A stretch of DNA of 57,024 nt, from the NCBI GenBank assembly GCA_010093995.1, contig ML992504.1:1956726-2013749 (forward strand). The letters run 5' to 3'. Under the pieces are notes generated by a model. The model was not told the origin of the DNA, did not search any database, and saw only the letters and a program-made list of their open reading frames with translations. Position 1 is the stretch's first letter. The number at the start of each line of letters is the position of its first letter. Positions 24,197 to 37,733 of this stretch are shown one piece after another. Position numbers and translations under genes: made by a program. The stretch comes from Elsinoe ampelina. Its lineage: Eukaryota.

Positions 24197-25995
24197 CTAT
24201 GATGTGAAAAAGACGACGAGAAAGCCGAGCCAGCTGCCAAACACCCCGATCGCTGAGTAGGAGCTGATGAACATGAGTGGCAAGAACTCGAATCTCGCTC
24301 CAAACACCATCTGATGAATGAGTGAGCAGTACAATATCAATGGTATGGCGACAGCAATGTAAAGCACTGTCAAGCGATCCAGTAAAAAGAGCCGTGATTG
24401 GCTTGATCTGTATAATGTCAGCGGCATATCCATCAAGTACGATTGTCCTACTCACGCAGGAGCCAACTTGTCAAACACCATCAGAAAAAGGATGAGCCAG
24501 AAAACAGTGTAGACTGTCTTTACTGGAAACTCTTGGGCCGTGAATAGCAGGGGAAAGAGGGAGACGTGTCCAGATACAGCAAGGGGACGGAAAGCACCCA
24601 AGTATCTCCGATCCCTGAGCGCCAGCAAGCTGAAAGGAATGACTACGAGCAAGATCGCTTTCTCGTGTACATGCCAACCTAACAAGAAAGATGCATAGCC
24701 GCATAAGGTGAGTCCACCGACAAAGTTCTCCCACGTTGGTTGGAAGAAGATCTTGATCAGTGGAGGCTATCAGGGTTAGTTGGAGTAGTCCGATCAGGCA
24801 GTAGAATACTCACAATCTGTGCGGCCAGAGTCAAGACAAAGGTCGTTCTCGGTGTGATGTCTGGTAGAACAGCGAAAGCGGTGTCACCAACGAGACCACG
24901 GGTGACACTGTTGACTGCGTCTTGGTTGACTGGCAATTTGAGGTATGGCGCAACTGGACAGTGGCGTCAGTGTATGCACATAGTACGGTTGTAGAAGCCT
25001 TACGGTAGATCAAGACTCGATCGGAGAATGAATACATTGCCCAGACGTTGGGTGCCCAATAAGCATGACAGAGACCTCGCGAGAATGGAAAGAGCCGGCT
25101 GACCACCTGGTCCATCTGTCCCCAGTAGACGAATGGCCCAAATGCCACGCCAAATACCGAGACAATGCCGAGGGCGAGCTTGATGCAGTTCGAGAATTGC
25201 GGGATGAACATGTTGCTGCGTGACAGACAGTAAGCCCGGAGAAGGAACACAAAGTATGCCGGAGCGAGGTATAGGTAGATGTGCTTCATGCATAGGAGAG
25301 CCGCAAACACGATCCCACTGGCGAGGAGATTGGCTCGGTGCCGTGCAAGGACAATCGAAAGAATGAGTACGCCGTACATGGCACCATTGTATTGAAAGTG
25401 AATGTGGTCGATTACCAACAAGCCTGGTGAGAGCAGTATCGACAATGCCGCCGCATGGGATGCTCGCTTTGTGGAGGCTGGACTTGTCTGCACGTAGCTG
25501 TGAACATGATCAGCAAGACCACATGTCAATCCGAGGGATAATGCTGACAGGTAGAGGGCATAGATGAGCACCAATTCTGAGAGGATGACCGTGGATCGCT
25601 GAAAGAAGATCGTCTGCCAACTATCGTAATTGAGGTTCTGGACGACGAGCATACCCTTATCGACATATTGAGCAACCTGAGACAGTGCCCATTCAAAGTA
25701 AGCAAAGAAAGGAGGATAGTCCAGCGTCCATTCCGATGTTTTCTGTGAACGTCAATTGTGTACGTGGCGCCGAAGTTGTCAGGATTCGTACTTCGTAATA
25801 CCATTGCTGGACTGGCAGAGATTTTGTAATGGCTAGCCAGTTCCGGTGTACCTCAAAGTCGGTCGATTTGCTGGACATCAGTCAGTGTGGTTCCTACGAC
25901 GGTCGACATGATACGAACTATGCCGGCCACAGCAGGATCTTGAGGGCTGCAGACAGGACTGCAACCTCTCCGAGGGATGGAAAATGTGCGACCAT
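24197..25995 (-). CDS. ALG8: dolichyl-P-Glc alpha-1,3-glucosyltransferase Alg8, multi-exon
   Basis: [76 protein letters not shown]. Confidence 0.95.
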
Positions 25996-26795
25996 CACGA
26001 CAGCGATTCATAGAGCGATCATGCTCATCATTGTCGAGCATGCATTCTGGTACAGCTTGTTTGACCGGGTTGCGATCAACCTTCGATGAAGCCACCTCAA
26101 GCAGGAGTCCTGAACTCTTCGCTGAGTCAGCAGTTCTGGCAACCTGCCGCCCGACAACAAAGTCGGACTCTTCCTTTCGCCACATTGATCAATGTTAAAT
26201 GCATTGCTTGAAAAAGCGTACGAATTCCCTGTCGTTTTCAAGGTTGTGGAATTTGTGAATACCACTTCCTCATGCTGGTCGAAAACGCATCTCTCATGCC
26301 CACCGACAGTAACTGTGAACCACAGTGCTGAACCGCTGATTCTTTTTGACGGATGCAATAACAAATGCTGTCGATCAACGACTAGAACGAATCTCAATCC
26401 GCCTCAAAAATCATGCCGTTCTGCCACTGTTCAAACTTTGCTTCTCCTGGGTCAAGCTTCATATCGTGACTTCGAGCCCAAGCCTGCGCACCATGGCCGT
26501 GTGGACCTTTGCATGGTTTACATCTACACGACTGACCGCGATCACAACCTCAGAGGCAGCGATCGCTCTGGTAGCACCACGAATGTATGGAGAATTAGTA
26601 CGACTGATGAGCAGGTTCAAACCGGCATAGAGCATGGGCGGGCGTCACGCGAAACATACCGGATCGTGTCTTGTGGCAGTCTTTCTATTTGCTTGCCAAC
26701 CTATCCATGCTATCTGCCATTGTCGTCACAGCCCAACAAAGGACCGCTCACTGTGCTTGCGATAAGGCCATATCTCGAAGCCCGTCGATCCTCAT

Positions 26796-27153
26796 CTACT
26801 TCTGCTTGCCGCTGTTGTATGTGCTTCCTCCTTTACCGTCATTGTAGTAGGTGGATCCATTGGGGTTGGAGTAGTAGTAGCTCCCGTTGCTGCGGAAGGT
26901 CAGCTCTGCAGCCTGGTCAGGTACCTTGAAGGGTGACTTACGAGTTGGAGTAATGGTAGGAGTTGGAGTTGGTGGCGGACGAGCCATAGTCACGGGAGCA
27001 GTAGTGATTGCCCTGCAGATGTGAGTATAGCCCTTGTGAGAATGGAAGACAATCATGTACCTGAGAGTTCGTGCCGGAGCTCGTCACAGTATAGCTGCCT
27101 CCAGATCCAGAGGATGGGCCGTTGCCGGAAGAGAATGAGTTGTTGCTGGACAT
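26796..27153 (-). CDS. small (~85 aa) Ser/Asn/Gly/Tyr-rich protein; exons 27153-27061, 27012-26942, 26889-26796
   Basis: Two canonical introns join ..SSGTNSQ|GNHYCSRDYG..YHYSNS|NGSYYYSNPNGSTYYNDGKG..; I recognise this pattern from uncharacterised fungal proteins. Confidence 0.85.
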
Positions 27154-27462
27154 GATCGTTGATGGAGGTTGATGGTAGTGTTGTTTGCTGGAGCGTGTGA
27201 TGAGCGGGGGGAGAGAGTGAAGTGGAAGCTGAGGATAATTACCTCTCATGTCGAGGAGTGGAACACGACCAAACAGGCAGGCGGGGCTGAAAGTGTATCT
27301 TGCAAGAGCGGTCCCGCGGTACAGTATATCGATTCAATCAATCATATATGCATTTTCTTTCATAACACTACTCGCTCTCATGCCAAATCGTAAATCCAAG
27401 CACAAAATTTTGGAACTCGAGGGCGATGCTGACACTCGTCGACCATATGCTCGGTCACTCCC

Positions 27463-29108
27463 TCATATTGCCGTAAAATTACGAGGGGTCAGATCACAGT
27501 ACAAGTCTCTTTGGTAGGCAAACCAGAAAGTCTCAACCACCCATGGCCGTGCTTTGTTTGCGATTTCGAAATCGAATTGACGCACAAATTGACCGAGAAA
27601 CTTGTGCATTTCCACCTTTACATTGGTCAGCTCGAGATCTTCTTTCTCCAACTGATACAGTACCCACCAAAGCGATGTTACGACCGACGCACATCCTTGG
27701 TCCACTCCCTCCGAAGGTCATGGAAGCAGATTCGTAGTATTTTGTCTTTGCTTCATCCTCAAGCCATCTCTCAGGTCGAGAGTCATTGGCATCGGGGCCC
27801 CAGATGTCTTTGTCCTTGTTTTGTGCGATCGGACTAATCCCTATTGGAGTCCCCTCTGGAATGCGAATACCTCTGACTGAGAAGTTCGGAGCGGTATGTC
27901 GAAGAAGCTGGAATACAATAGAAGGTAGGATTCGAGTGGCCTCTTTGACGACGGCTTGGAGGTAGGGCATCTGCTGCGTTTGCAGATACATTAATGGGGC
28001 ATCGAGCTTGTTCTCTTCGTAGAATGTATCGACTTCTTCTTGGAGCCGTCTATAACATTTCGGATGTGTGGCAACAAAGTAGATGCAAGCACGCATTCCA
28101 ATCGAGGTCGTATCTGCTCCTGCACCACTCGAGAGTAGCTTTAGCATGAATGTGGCGGAAAAACTGGGTCGCAGTACTTACATAAGACTCATGGCCTCAA
28201 TTGCGACTTCTTGGACCTCGACTGGGTCTCCACTGCGATCTTTTATGCGGCAGAAGTGCTGCAACATGTCTTCTCGTTTCATATCGTCGACATGGTCCAG
28301 GCGATCTTGCACTTGCTTGAAGGTCCAGTCTCGGAATGGGGGAAGAGGCGGATCAGCCCCGAACAATTTTGACACAGCATTGGTCAAAGCATTTGTAAAG
28401 ATCCACGCCTGGCCAGGAAAGTGACCCATGCATGATAGCATTTTGAAGACTTCAAAGATACATCGTCTGAGATTGTCAACATCGGTCTCCGTCTTCAGCA
28501 TGCCTAGGTCGCTGCCGTAGCCGAGCTCGCCGACGATGTCGAATGCAAAAGCATTAGTCCAGTCTGACATGTCTACTGGTCCGCTGCCAGCATGCTTATG
28601 GAGCTTCTGCAGCAAGAGATCAAGACATGTCTGAATGTACACTTCATACTTGAGAATCGACGACATAGAGTAGGCTCCTGACACTCGCTTTCGGAGGAAG
28701 CTATCAAGTATGGTTCTTCTTGTCTAGCTCGGAGAACAACTGAGGCGCAGTTTGAGGAGGATCCCAGACAGAGCACCAGGACGTCTTCTGCGCATTGTGA
28801 CCATGACCGTAGAGATTCTTCATAGCCCATTCATCGACGACCGAGAGCTCGTTGGGGGCGATGCGGACGATCCTGCCGTAGCGATTGTGGAGATCCAGGA
28901 TTTCGTCATGCCATTTTCCACGTCTGTAGGCAGCGTCTCGCCAGAGACCTGTCAGCTTGGCAAGGAATGGCCCAGGAATGCGCTTGAGGGGATGGAGGAA
29001 CAAGCGGTAGACGAATAGTACAGCCAGCGAGAGCGGGAGGATCCCGGACGTAGTGATCGTGATGGTGAATGCATCAGCGCTGTGGCTTAGGAGCCAAAGT
29101 CGATCCAT
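27463..29108 (-). pseudogene. cytochrome P450 (pisatin-demethylase-like) disrupted by a 7-bp insertion at 28703-28709
   Basis: HPLKRIPGPFLAK, VRIAPNELS, GAGADTTS, KEATR, FGGSGPRMCVG. The frame breaks at KKNH|ACTTGAT|SFLRKRVSG, giving TGA TAG; the PERF motif reads SRPERW. Confidence 0.85.
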
Positions 29109-30517
29109 GACTGACTGTAGTGTCATGCTGTGGGGCAACCGCATGACATGAGCTCGCGATGTTGCCTCGTATAGCTCAGGAGGAGAGCGAGATGAGAGAG
29201 AGAGATACCATTCTTCAGGGCTATCAACCCCGCATGAAGGCCTTGGGATGTCACACTCGATGTCTCCACTGTTGGTGGTGACTTTCGTGCATATCTTGCA
29301 CAAATCGACATGACTGACAATGACACGAGACATTTCACAAACCTTTAACCTACATTGACCCCGCAATCGTACCCCACACCAAAAGTCGCCGGTATAGTGT
29401 CTCCACGTTTGGAAAGCCATCGCCGCCACAGCCAAATCCGAGGGCGGCAAATACAACGTCAGAGAAGGGGAGACGAATGAGGAGCTGGAGTCTTCATGAG
29501 CGCTGTGGCGCCGAGCCTGGTGGATTCCAAGGCTTGACCCTGTCTGTCAACTGTCGGACTGCCCTCGTATGTAGAATGCATTCCAGATAGCCGATGCGGC
29601 GAGTGCCCAATGAGACAGCATGGCACAATTTTCCAAGCTGCAATGCATTTCGATGAGGGTGTCGACGGCCGGATATTCTATATCCATGCATGGTACAGAG
29701 GGCGGCGGCCACACGCCTTCCTTGACGTGAGATCGGGGCAACAACATGGATATCCCTCATGCGTAAGGCAGCGTCGTAGTTTCGATAAGAAGAGAGTAAG
29801 GGAGTCGCGCGAAAGACACTGATCTGATGTTGTCGTGAAGCTGAGCTGGAGACTATTGGCAAGTGAGAGCAGCGAGATGATTTGACAGGTCCAGTACATG
29901 TACCTTGAGCTTAGCTCGGTGATCGATCTTGTCCTTTGTCTTCGCTGAGCTTGTCAATAGTTACTATTCAACGCATCTTCAGAAGCACGAAACAGTACAC
30001 CAGATCAGCTTTGTGCCGGACGAGCATTGATTGTGTTGGGCATCAAGGAGTAGCGATGAGCTTCCGCCCGTCAACTTGTGGTTTACATCGGAGCCGTGAG
30101 CGTGTGAGCAGGTGGAGATGCGGAGTGCAGATAGGGGAGGCCACTTGGTTCTGCGTCTCTCACATCAAACACAGTTGTCGGGATGGTTTCATCAAAACTT
30201 GCCCCTGTCAATCTCTGCTCATCCCATTCCGCGTGCCAAGCCCGGCGATCGTCAGCGCGCCGCTAGGTCCACTGTTTCGCGCACGTCCTGACAACCTGTT
30301 TCGTCCAATTCAACACTCTCCTGCAGCACGGAGTGCACAGCTGTTCAACGTTGGGCGCGTGCTTGCTCGTGTCGGACGAGCTCGATCTATCAGGTTCGCG
30401 GGCTGCGAGGAGTTGGGTTGTCCTCTCTTCACACATGCCTCTTCACACCCATTGACGACGTACTACACGGTATTTCCTCATCACTGTCCGGGATCTCACT
30501 CATTTGCCCGGCCAGAA

Positions 30518-32317
30518 ATGCCTTTCCCTCTCAGGCGTCATCTAGCAGTCGCCATTTTCCTTGTCACGATTGTCTTTTTGTCCTTTGGCCTTGTTTTCTC
30601 ACCCGACGATACAGCTAGGTCCTTGTTCAAAGATTTGAAGAAGCCGACGCCGAGATTCTCCTGGAAAGACATCCAGCATGCATACCCAGTAGAAGATCCA
30701 CGGCCTCTCCCAACGAACAGCCCGAAGGCTATCCCTGCGATCCAACTCGACTTTCCTCCAGAATCAAGTGCTGAGCGGACGGAAAGAGAGGCAAGGCTGA
30801 GGGCGGTCAAGGATGCCTTTGTACATTCGTGGAATGGATACAAGAAGCATGCCTGGCTCCAGGACGAAGTGGGACCTTTGACAGGAACATCGCGCAATGG
30901 CTTTGGAGGTTGGGGAGCTACGCTGGTCGACTCTCTGGATACCTTGTGGATCATGGGAATGAAGGACGAATTCAACAAAGCTGTCGCTGCTTTGGACTAC
31001 ATCGATTTCTCGGCATGTCCAGACGAGCGCATCAGCCTGTTTGAAACTACCATTAGATATCTTGGTGGTCTTCTCAGTGCATACGATCTCAGTGCTGGAT
31101 CTCCCCAGTCAACGAAGCTTTTCGACAAGGCTACGGAGGTAGGCGACATGCTGTACAAAGCTTTCGACACACCTGATCGGATGCCAATCACCCAATGGTA
31201 TTGGGAAAGAGCAGCTATGAATACGATTCCGCAACAAACGCCATTCTCAGTTTTGCTTGCCGAATATGGCTCGTTGTCATTGGAATTCACTCGGCTCAGC
31301 CAGATAACCGGGGACATGAAGTACTATGATGCTATTGCTCGCGTGATGGACCTCTTTGCCGCGCAGCAGAACGACACGAACGTGCCTGGTTTGTGGCCGG
31401 TGACTCTGAAAGCAAAATCACGGAATTTTGCGTCTGACAACCATTTCACGCTTGGTAGCATGGCTGACTCAACCTACGAGTATCTACCAAAGCAATACCT
31501 GCTGCTCAACGGCCGTGACGAGACATACGAGAGGATGTACTTGTCTGCGTTGGCTGCAGCCAACGATACTCTGTTCTTCCGGCCTGTGACGCCCAACGCT
31601 ACCAACCTGCTCTTCTCTGGCAGCGCCAAGGGGTGGTCAAAGACGAGTCTGCACGCAGATTCCGAGTCACAGCATCTAACCTGCTTCGTCGGCGGTATGG
31701 TCGCTCTGGGTGCTAAGCTCTTTTCCCGCCCGGGAGATATGAAGACGGCTCGCCAGCTCACAGACGGATGTATTTGGGCGTACGAATCGATGCCCACTGG
31801 CATCATGCCCGAGACCTTCACGGTTCAGCGGTGCGAAGAGAAGGAGAATCCGGGTTGTACGTGGACTGAAAAGGGTTGGTACGAAGCTATTCGTGGTGGA
31901 GAGACTCGAGGACAAAGGACACTGGGCGAAGATCCTGATGAGCAAACCCGTCAAGCTATTCAACGTCGTCGCCTGCCACCCGGATTCACGAGGTTGAATG
32001 ACAAGCGGTATATGTTACGACCCGAGGCTCTTGAAAGCGTCTTCATCCTCTATCGACTGACTGGGGACCGCAAGCTCATGGACGACGGCTGGAAGATGTT
32101 TCAATCCATCGTGAAACACACGAGGACGGATATCGCGCATGCTGGGATCAAAGATGTAAGCGTGCCGGAGCCGAAACTTGAGGACAAGATGGAAAGCTTC
32201 TGGACGGGTGAGACACTGAAGTATGCGTACTTGCTCTTCAGTGAGCCGGATATGGTCAGTCTAGATGACTGGGTACTGAACACAGAAGCACACCCGCTTC
32301 GAAGGGAAAAATCGTAG
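30518..32317 (+). CDS. GH47 class I alpha-1,2-mannosidase, type II membrane protein, intronless
   Basis: GWGATLVDSLDTLWIMG, LFETTIRYLGGLLSAY, DSTYEYLPK, LRPEALES, MESFWTGETLKY, NTEAHP; start placed at the ATG before the TM helix. Confidence 0.95.
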   Translation: MPFPLRRHLAVAIFLVTIVFLSFGLVFSPDDTARSLFKDLKKPTPRFSWKDIQHAYPVEDPRPLPTNSPKAIPAIQLDFPPESSAERTEREARLRAVKDAFVHSWNGYKKHAWLQDEVGPLTGTSRNGFGGWGATLVDSLDTLWIMGMKDEFNKAVAALDYIDFSACPDERISLFETTIRYLGGLLSAYDLSAGSPQSTKLFDKATEVGDMLYKAFDTPDRMPITQWYWERAAMNTIPQQTPFSVLLAEYGSLSLEFTRLSQITGDMKYYDAIARVMDLFAAQQNDTNVPGLWPVTLKAKSRNFASDNHFTLGSMADSTYEYLPKQYLLLNGRDETYERMYLSALAAANDTLFFRPVTPNATNLLFSGSAKGWSKTSLHADSESQHLTCFVGGMVALGAKLFSRPGDMKTARQLTDGCIWAYESMPTGIMPETFTVQRCEEKENPGCTWTEKGWYEAIRGGETRGQRTLGEDPDEQTRQAIQRRRLPPGFTRLNDKRYMLRPEALESVFILYRLTGDRKLMDDGWKMFQSIVKHTRTDIAHAGIKDVSVPEPKLEDKMESFWTGETLKYAYLLFSEPDMVSLDDWVLNTEAHPLRREKS

Positions 32318-32834
32318 CGCCACACAGATGTAAAGTACTGTTCCCGACAACCATTTCTTGAAACATGGAAGATCTGCACCTAAAGAACTTGATCGACCCC
32401 GACCTTTCGGGTATTTCATCTAAACGCCCCAAGATCACGAGTCCAAGCCCGGTCAGATCCGCCTAAAGTGTGACATGTTTGAACGTCTTCTGGTACTACT
32501 CATCATCTGCGGGGTCTCTGGTATGGGTAAACACGTGGTTGAAATATCGGGGGCCGAATGCAGGGACCAGGTACCTGCTCAGAGTGGTTAGTTCCGAAAA
32601 CCTTGGACCCCAGAATTCTACATTGATCTCCAGGTTCGCCCTCGGTCCGTTTCGATGATTTGAGGGGTTGTCGTTTCAAGAACACCATCGTCGACTTCAA
32701 TCATCATCCAAAGCACTTAATTGTACGCGGTGAATTTCCCGCAGCTCAAAAGATGTAGGACTAAGCAAGTACGAGAAGAATGGCCTTGGTCGCCATCGGT
32801 CCGAATGTCTTGCGCCGCTGTCCGCATACCAAGC

Positions 32835-32849
32835 CGGTTAAATCTAGCC
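32835..32849 (+). promoter_or_regulatory. putative paired XlnR/Xyr1 sites (CGGTTAAA plus inverted GGCTAGA) ~240 bp upstream of the xylanase
   Basis: Match to the known CGGNTAAW / GGCTRR consensus in a xylanase promoter; short motifs only. Confidence 0.45.
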
Positions 32850-33085
32850 TTGGCCTTTTCATCTTCTCTAGTCCCATGGGGATCCCCCAGAATTCTTCCT
32901 CTATACCGATTGGGGAGGTGGTCGTATAATTTCCACAGGGTATCTTGTTTGCACGAATAATAGCCTGAAGACGCTAGAGGGGCGACATGCATCGTGTATA
33001 TATGAAGCAGCTTCCTGCTTGCTTTCACTACATATCAATTTGTCTCGAACCGACTTGATTGCAATATCCTTCACTGAGATTCATC

Positions 33086-34217
33086 ATGCGATTCGACTTG
33101 TCCACTGTCACAGCCGTACTGGCCTGCGCAAGCGCTGTGACTGCCCTGCCACAGGATGAGTGAGTACACTTGAATAGTCTCATACAACATGACACTGACA
33201 TATCTTGCTAGGCGTCACAAGGCACAAGGTCTCTACAAGGCCATCAAAGATCGTGGTCGAGGATTCCTCGGCACTGCCGTGACTCTCCGCAACCCGGCAG
33301 ACACACAAGAGGCGGCCATCTACGGCAACAAGAACGACTTCAACTCGATCACTCCTGAGAATGCTCAAAAGTGGGAGTCGACCGAGCCTGCCCGCGGCCA
33401 ATTCACTTTCGACCAAGCCGACGCACACGTCAAGTACGCAACCGACAACAAGCTGCAGATCCACTGCCACACCCTTGTTTGGCACAGTCAGCTACCCACT
33501 TGGGTCTCTGAAGGCGGTTTCGACAACGCAACTTTGATCCAGGTCATGCGTGAGCACATCCAAGCCGTTGCTGGCCGCTACAAGGGTCGCTGCACGCGAT
33601 GGGACGTCGTCAACGAGGCTCTCAATGAGGATGGTACCTACCGCGAATCCGTCTTCTACAATACCATCGGCGAGGCATACATCCCCATTGCTTTCAAGAT
33701 CGCGCACGAGGTTGACCCCAATGCCAAGCTGTTCTACAACGACTACAACTTGGAGTACGCTGAGGCCAAGGCTCTGGGTGCTCAGCGCATCGTGAAGCTT
33801 ATCAAGTCGTATGGTGTCAAAATTGATGGCGTTGGTCTCCAGGCACATCTCGCTTCCGAGTCGACTCCCACCGCCCCAGGTCCCGCTCCAGATGAGGCTA
33901 CCCTCACCATGGCCCTTCGCTTGTACACCAGCGAGAAGGTCGATGTTGCCTACACCGAGATTGATATCAGGATGAATACCCCTGCTACCCCTGAGAAGCT
34001 CGTTGTCGCCGCCGCAGCCTGGGAGAGGGTCGCCAGGTCATGCTTGGCCGAGAAGAGGTGCGTTGGTATGACTGTCTGGGGAGTCTCCGACAAGTACTCT
34101 TGGATCCCTGGTGTCTTTGCGGGTGAAGGAGCAGCTCTCCTCTGGGACGAGAACTACCAGAAGAAGCCCACGTATGCTGGTTTCCTCAAGGGCATCCAGC
34201 AGGGTGGACGTCGCTAA
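33086..34217 (+). CDS. secreted GH10 endo-1,4-beta-xylanase; exons 33086-33159 and 33212-34217
   Basis: Signal peptide MRFDLSTVTAVLACASAVTA, TPENAQKW, HTLVWHSQLP, WDVVNEA (acid/base), VAYTEIDI (nucleophile); no CBM. Confidence 0.96.
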
Positions 34218-34515
34218 GATACAGTTCAACCAGTGTACATAACATGATAGCTACGTAAAGATTTGTTCGTCCGCTAGGCACATTCATCATTTCCGCCCCA
34301 CGTTTATGAAGTATGTAAACAACCCAGTAGCTTAAAACATGAGACGATGGTGGTGCCAGACACTCCGACAGCATGCGGAGTGATTGGTGGGGGCCGGAGA
34401 TCTTGCGGCAGCACCGAACTCCGATACTCGGAGTGAGCAATTCTAAAAGCTTTTACATGTGATGAGCTTTCTCCGACCTTGTTTCAACCTTCCAAACTTG
34501 CGTCCGCGACCGTCT

Positions 34516-36772
34516 ATGCCAACAAGATCAGCTGCATGTGATCCATGCCGCTTCGCCAAATTGGCATGCGATCATGCACAGCCTGTGTGCTCGAGGTGCC
34601 GAAACCGAGGGCGCGACCCTGATTGCAAATACCGAGAAAGGCCATTTCGGAGGACACCAAAATCCACGCCGAGGTTAGTCTCCTCGCCACTCTTATCGTT
34701 ATCGACCTGACTTGCCGTAGCATAACTCGCGTTTCAAGCACTGCCTCCGTCATCGTCGCATCTGATGTATCGCCGACGGCTGGGACGGCCGCGACGCCTG
34801 CGACACCTGCTACGCCAGGCTTGAATAGCACCCGGTATCCAAATCCTGGCTATCTTGGTTCTTCCAGTCTATCAAATGTGTTCGAGCAGATACCTGCCGA
34901 TGTCAACGGTACCAGCCAAGAGGCTTCGCTAGAGCGTTCTCGTCCATCTGATTCAATGTCCAACCTGGTGGGTGATGAGCAGCTCGCCTACGGAGCTCGA
35001 CTCTTGGACAGCCTTGCAATGACCATGCCAATCAAGCCAGGTTCACGGTTGGTCCAACGTTGGATCGAACGAGGCATTAATCTGGCCCTTGCAGAATTAA
35101 TCTCCCGACAATGCTACGAGTCGGCCGTCGAAGTCATCGAAGCGTTGAGGCAAAAGACGAGATCGGCCGCTGAGTTGTCAGAGCTCTTATTCCGCAACTC
35201 ATCCGAGCCAGTACAGATGCAGCAGACCACGAGCGTCGATCAGTTCTGCTCACAATTCTGTGGCTCAAATGCTAGGTGGGAGACAATAGGCCTGTTCGTG
35301 ACGGCTGTGGCAAGGGCAGCCGGGGACTATCCAACGTTCGATGGCCTTTATAACTATGACAATCGTCTGTCTTTCGAGAGAGCAGTCATGCACTTGTCTG
35401 ACAGTATACTGGGAATCTGTTTGACACTTGATTGCCTGAATGACCTGCAGCTTGCCCTACAGTACGAGAACTTTATCCTTCATTCATGTACTGAAGGCGA
35501 TCAGAGTCAGTTCATAGTCATTGTCGAATGCTTCAGCTGACTTTGGTAGGCTACAATTCCTGGCGACGACTTGGAGACGTGATCAGCTCTCTCTTCGCTC
35601 TTGGGCACCACCGACAAACAGAAGTGAGGACGTTCTTACCCCCCTTCGTAATTGAGATGCGCAGGACAGCCTTTGCTCGTGCATACTCAGCGGACAAGAA
35701 TGTATCGATCTTCCTCGGAAGGCCGCCTCGTCTGCACCGACGGTATTGTCAGTTCTATCTTCCTCACTCTGCAATCTTGATCAGGGGAGGCGACCGAAAT
35801 CCGCTGCGTTCAGCGGTGACTTGGTTGGAGGATGATCTTTTCAATTATACCACAGACACTAAGTGGGCCGCAATCTGCGGTATCCTGAAAGCCGATCTGC
35901 TGGATATCATGGAGGAAGATGACTCAGATGAGCGTCGAGCACGAATCGAGTGTGTGCTTCGATCTCGATTTCCTAATACTCGCTGACCGGTACAGTGTCG
36001 TTGTCGAATGTGCGAAAATACAATGGGAAGCGTTCCCAAGCCATCTGCGGCTCAACCAGCCGCTACGTTTCTACGAGATGCAGCCCTTCCGACGGGACCT
36101 ACTGGTCGGTTCCAAGTTGAATTACTTGCACACATTGTTCCTTGCACAGCTAGCACGATCAAGCCGAGTCATCGTCCCAGGAAGAGATATGATCAGATTA
36201 TCGATTGAGATACTAGGGCTCGCTGTAGAAGCTGCACTTCTCAAGGACACATTAGCTAACTCCGGGACATCTCTGGTCTGGAAGGTGAGTCTGCACAGAT
36301 ACTTCCTCGTCAGCTGTTGACTCTGCAGGTCGCATACTATGGACTCGCGGCAGCTGGGATGATTTGCCTTGCCCTGCTCAACCCTTCTCTGCGTATACAC
36401 TTTGAAGCAGAGATGCCAAAGGTCATCCAGGACTTGCAGGTGTTGGTCGCTCAAGTCGAGACTGGTGCACTCGTGCGCTTCGAAGAAGCAAACTTTGGTC
36501 TACTTGACGCAGCAACAAGAACTATTCAGAATCTGTTAAACAGGATCATCACCGGCAAGCTGCCCCACTATCTGCTGAATGGTTCTGCGCAGACTTCTAC
36601 ACAGCCGAATGATAACCAAAGCGAAGTCTTTTGGGACACATGGACTCACAATGAGCTACCCGACTTCGAAGCCGACTTCTGGTTGAATCTGGGAGAACAT
36701 CCACTGTTGATTGACGTGGAGCAGGATACCACTCTACCTGTGGGCGATGATGGTGTCGCAGTAGTCAGGTAG
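34516..36772 (+). CDS. Zn(II)2Cys6 transcription factor; exons 34516-34673, 34721-35505, 35550-35949, 35996-36284, 36329-36772
   Basis: ACDPCRFAKLACDHAQPVCSRC..C; fungal TF middle region DKNVSIFLGRPPRL; four GT-AG introns join the ORF pieces in frame. Confidence 0.92.
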
Positions 36773-37733
36773 CGGCGGTATGATGGGGTGCCGGGACGAG
36801 CTATACAATTTCACCATCCGTCGGTACTCCTGGAGCCATTGCATGGTGATATACTGGAATGTATGCTACTCGGCCCACTTACCCCGGCGGTTCCACGAAG
36901 CAAGCACTGCCATCCTATGGGAAGATGCGATTGCTCCATTCTACCGCCATGAATACTCCGTCGTCGAATTCGTTCATGGGGCGTAGTTCGGCGGCCCTCA
37001 GTGACCATCTGAAGGGTATTCTCAAGGCGACACATGTCGACCTACAAACCTCTCGAGCCAGAGCAAGCAAGAGGGTTCGACTATCTGCGACAGCTGCTAC
37101 TTCATTTTGGGAACAGCCGCATCACAGCCGGCGTGCTACTCTCCTGCTACGATGAGCTCCCTCCGGCTAGCACGTTGCTCATCTCTTTCATAGAAACGGT
37201 ATGGGTACAGTAGCGAAGCCTAAACCCTTTTGCAACATGAACGCGCATTCGTGCCTTGGCTTAGTAGTTTTGCTCTAACGTGAGTACTGCGTCGTGTGGG
37301 GGTGGCATGCCATCCGTTCTTCGTCATGCTCTATCTTCTTGGTTGAGTAGTTGATATGGCCAGTCTTAGTTAGAAGCATCGATCACCAATGCCGAACGAG
37401 AAGCACTTATGCTTATGTCAGTCATATCAACGTCACATATCTTCAACAGCAATGCCATCAAATGACACTTCTACTTTGACTACATCTTGTCTTTCGTGCG
37501 ACTACAACGTTCGAGATGTGAAACTGCCGGCCCTGAAGATTTCACCTTCGGCTGTTCCTCCGCAGGGACCTGCAGGGGCTTCGACCCCGCCCTCTCCGAA
37601 CTCCGCTTGTTTTGGCCGGCGACTCCAGGGATGCCTCGGGCTTTCTGTTCAGCTCACGGGACAGGAGCAAGCTTAGCTGCCATAAATTCCGGCCATATTG
37701 AATGTCATCCTGCACCTACTGCTTACATTCATC

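Noticed and set aside
26192..26929. 245-aa plus-strand ORF
   Set aside because: No recognisable motif and its 3' end overlaps the small minus-strand gene; not supportable.
29936..30517. 194-aa N-terminal extension of the GH47 ORF
   Set aside because: Non-ATG start and non-protein-like composition; ATG 30518 precedes the expected TM anchor.
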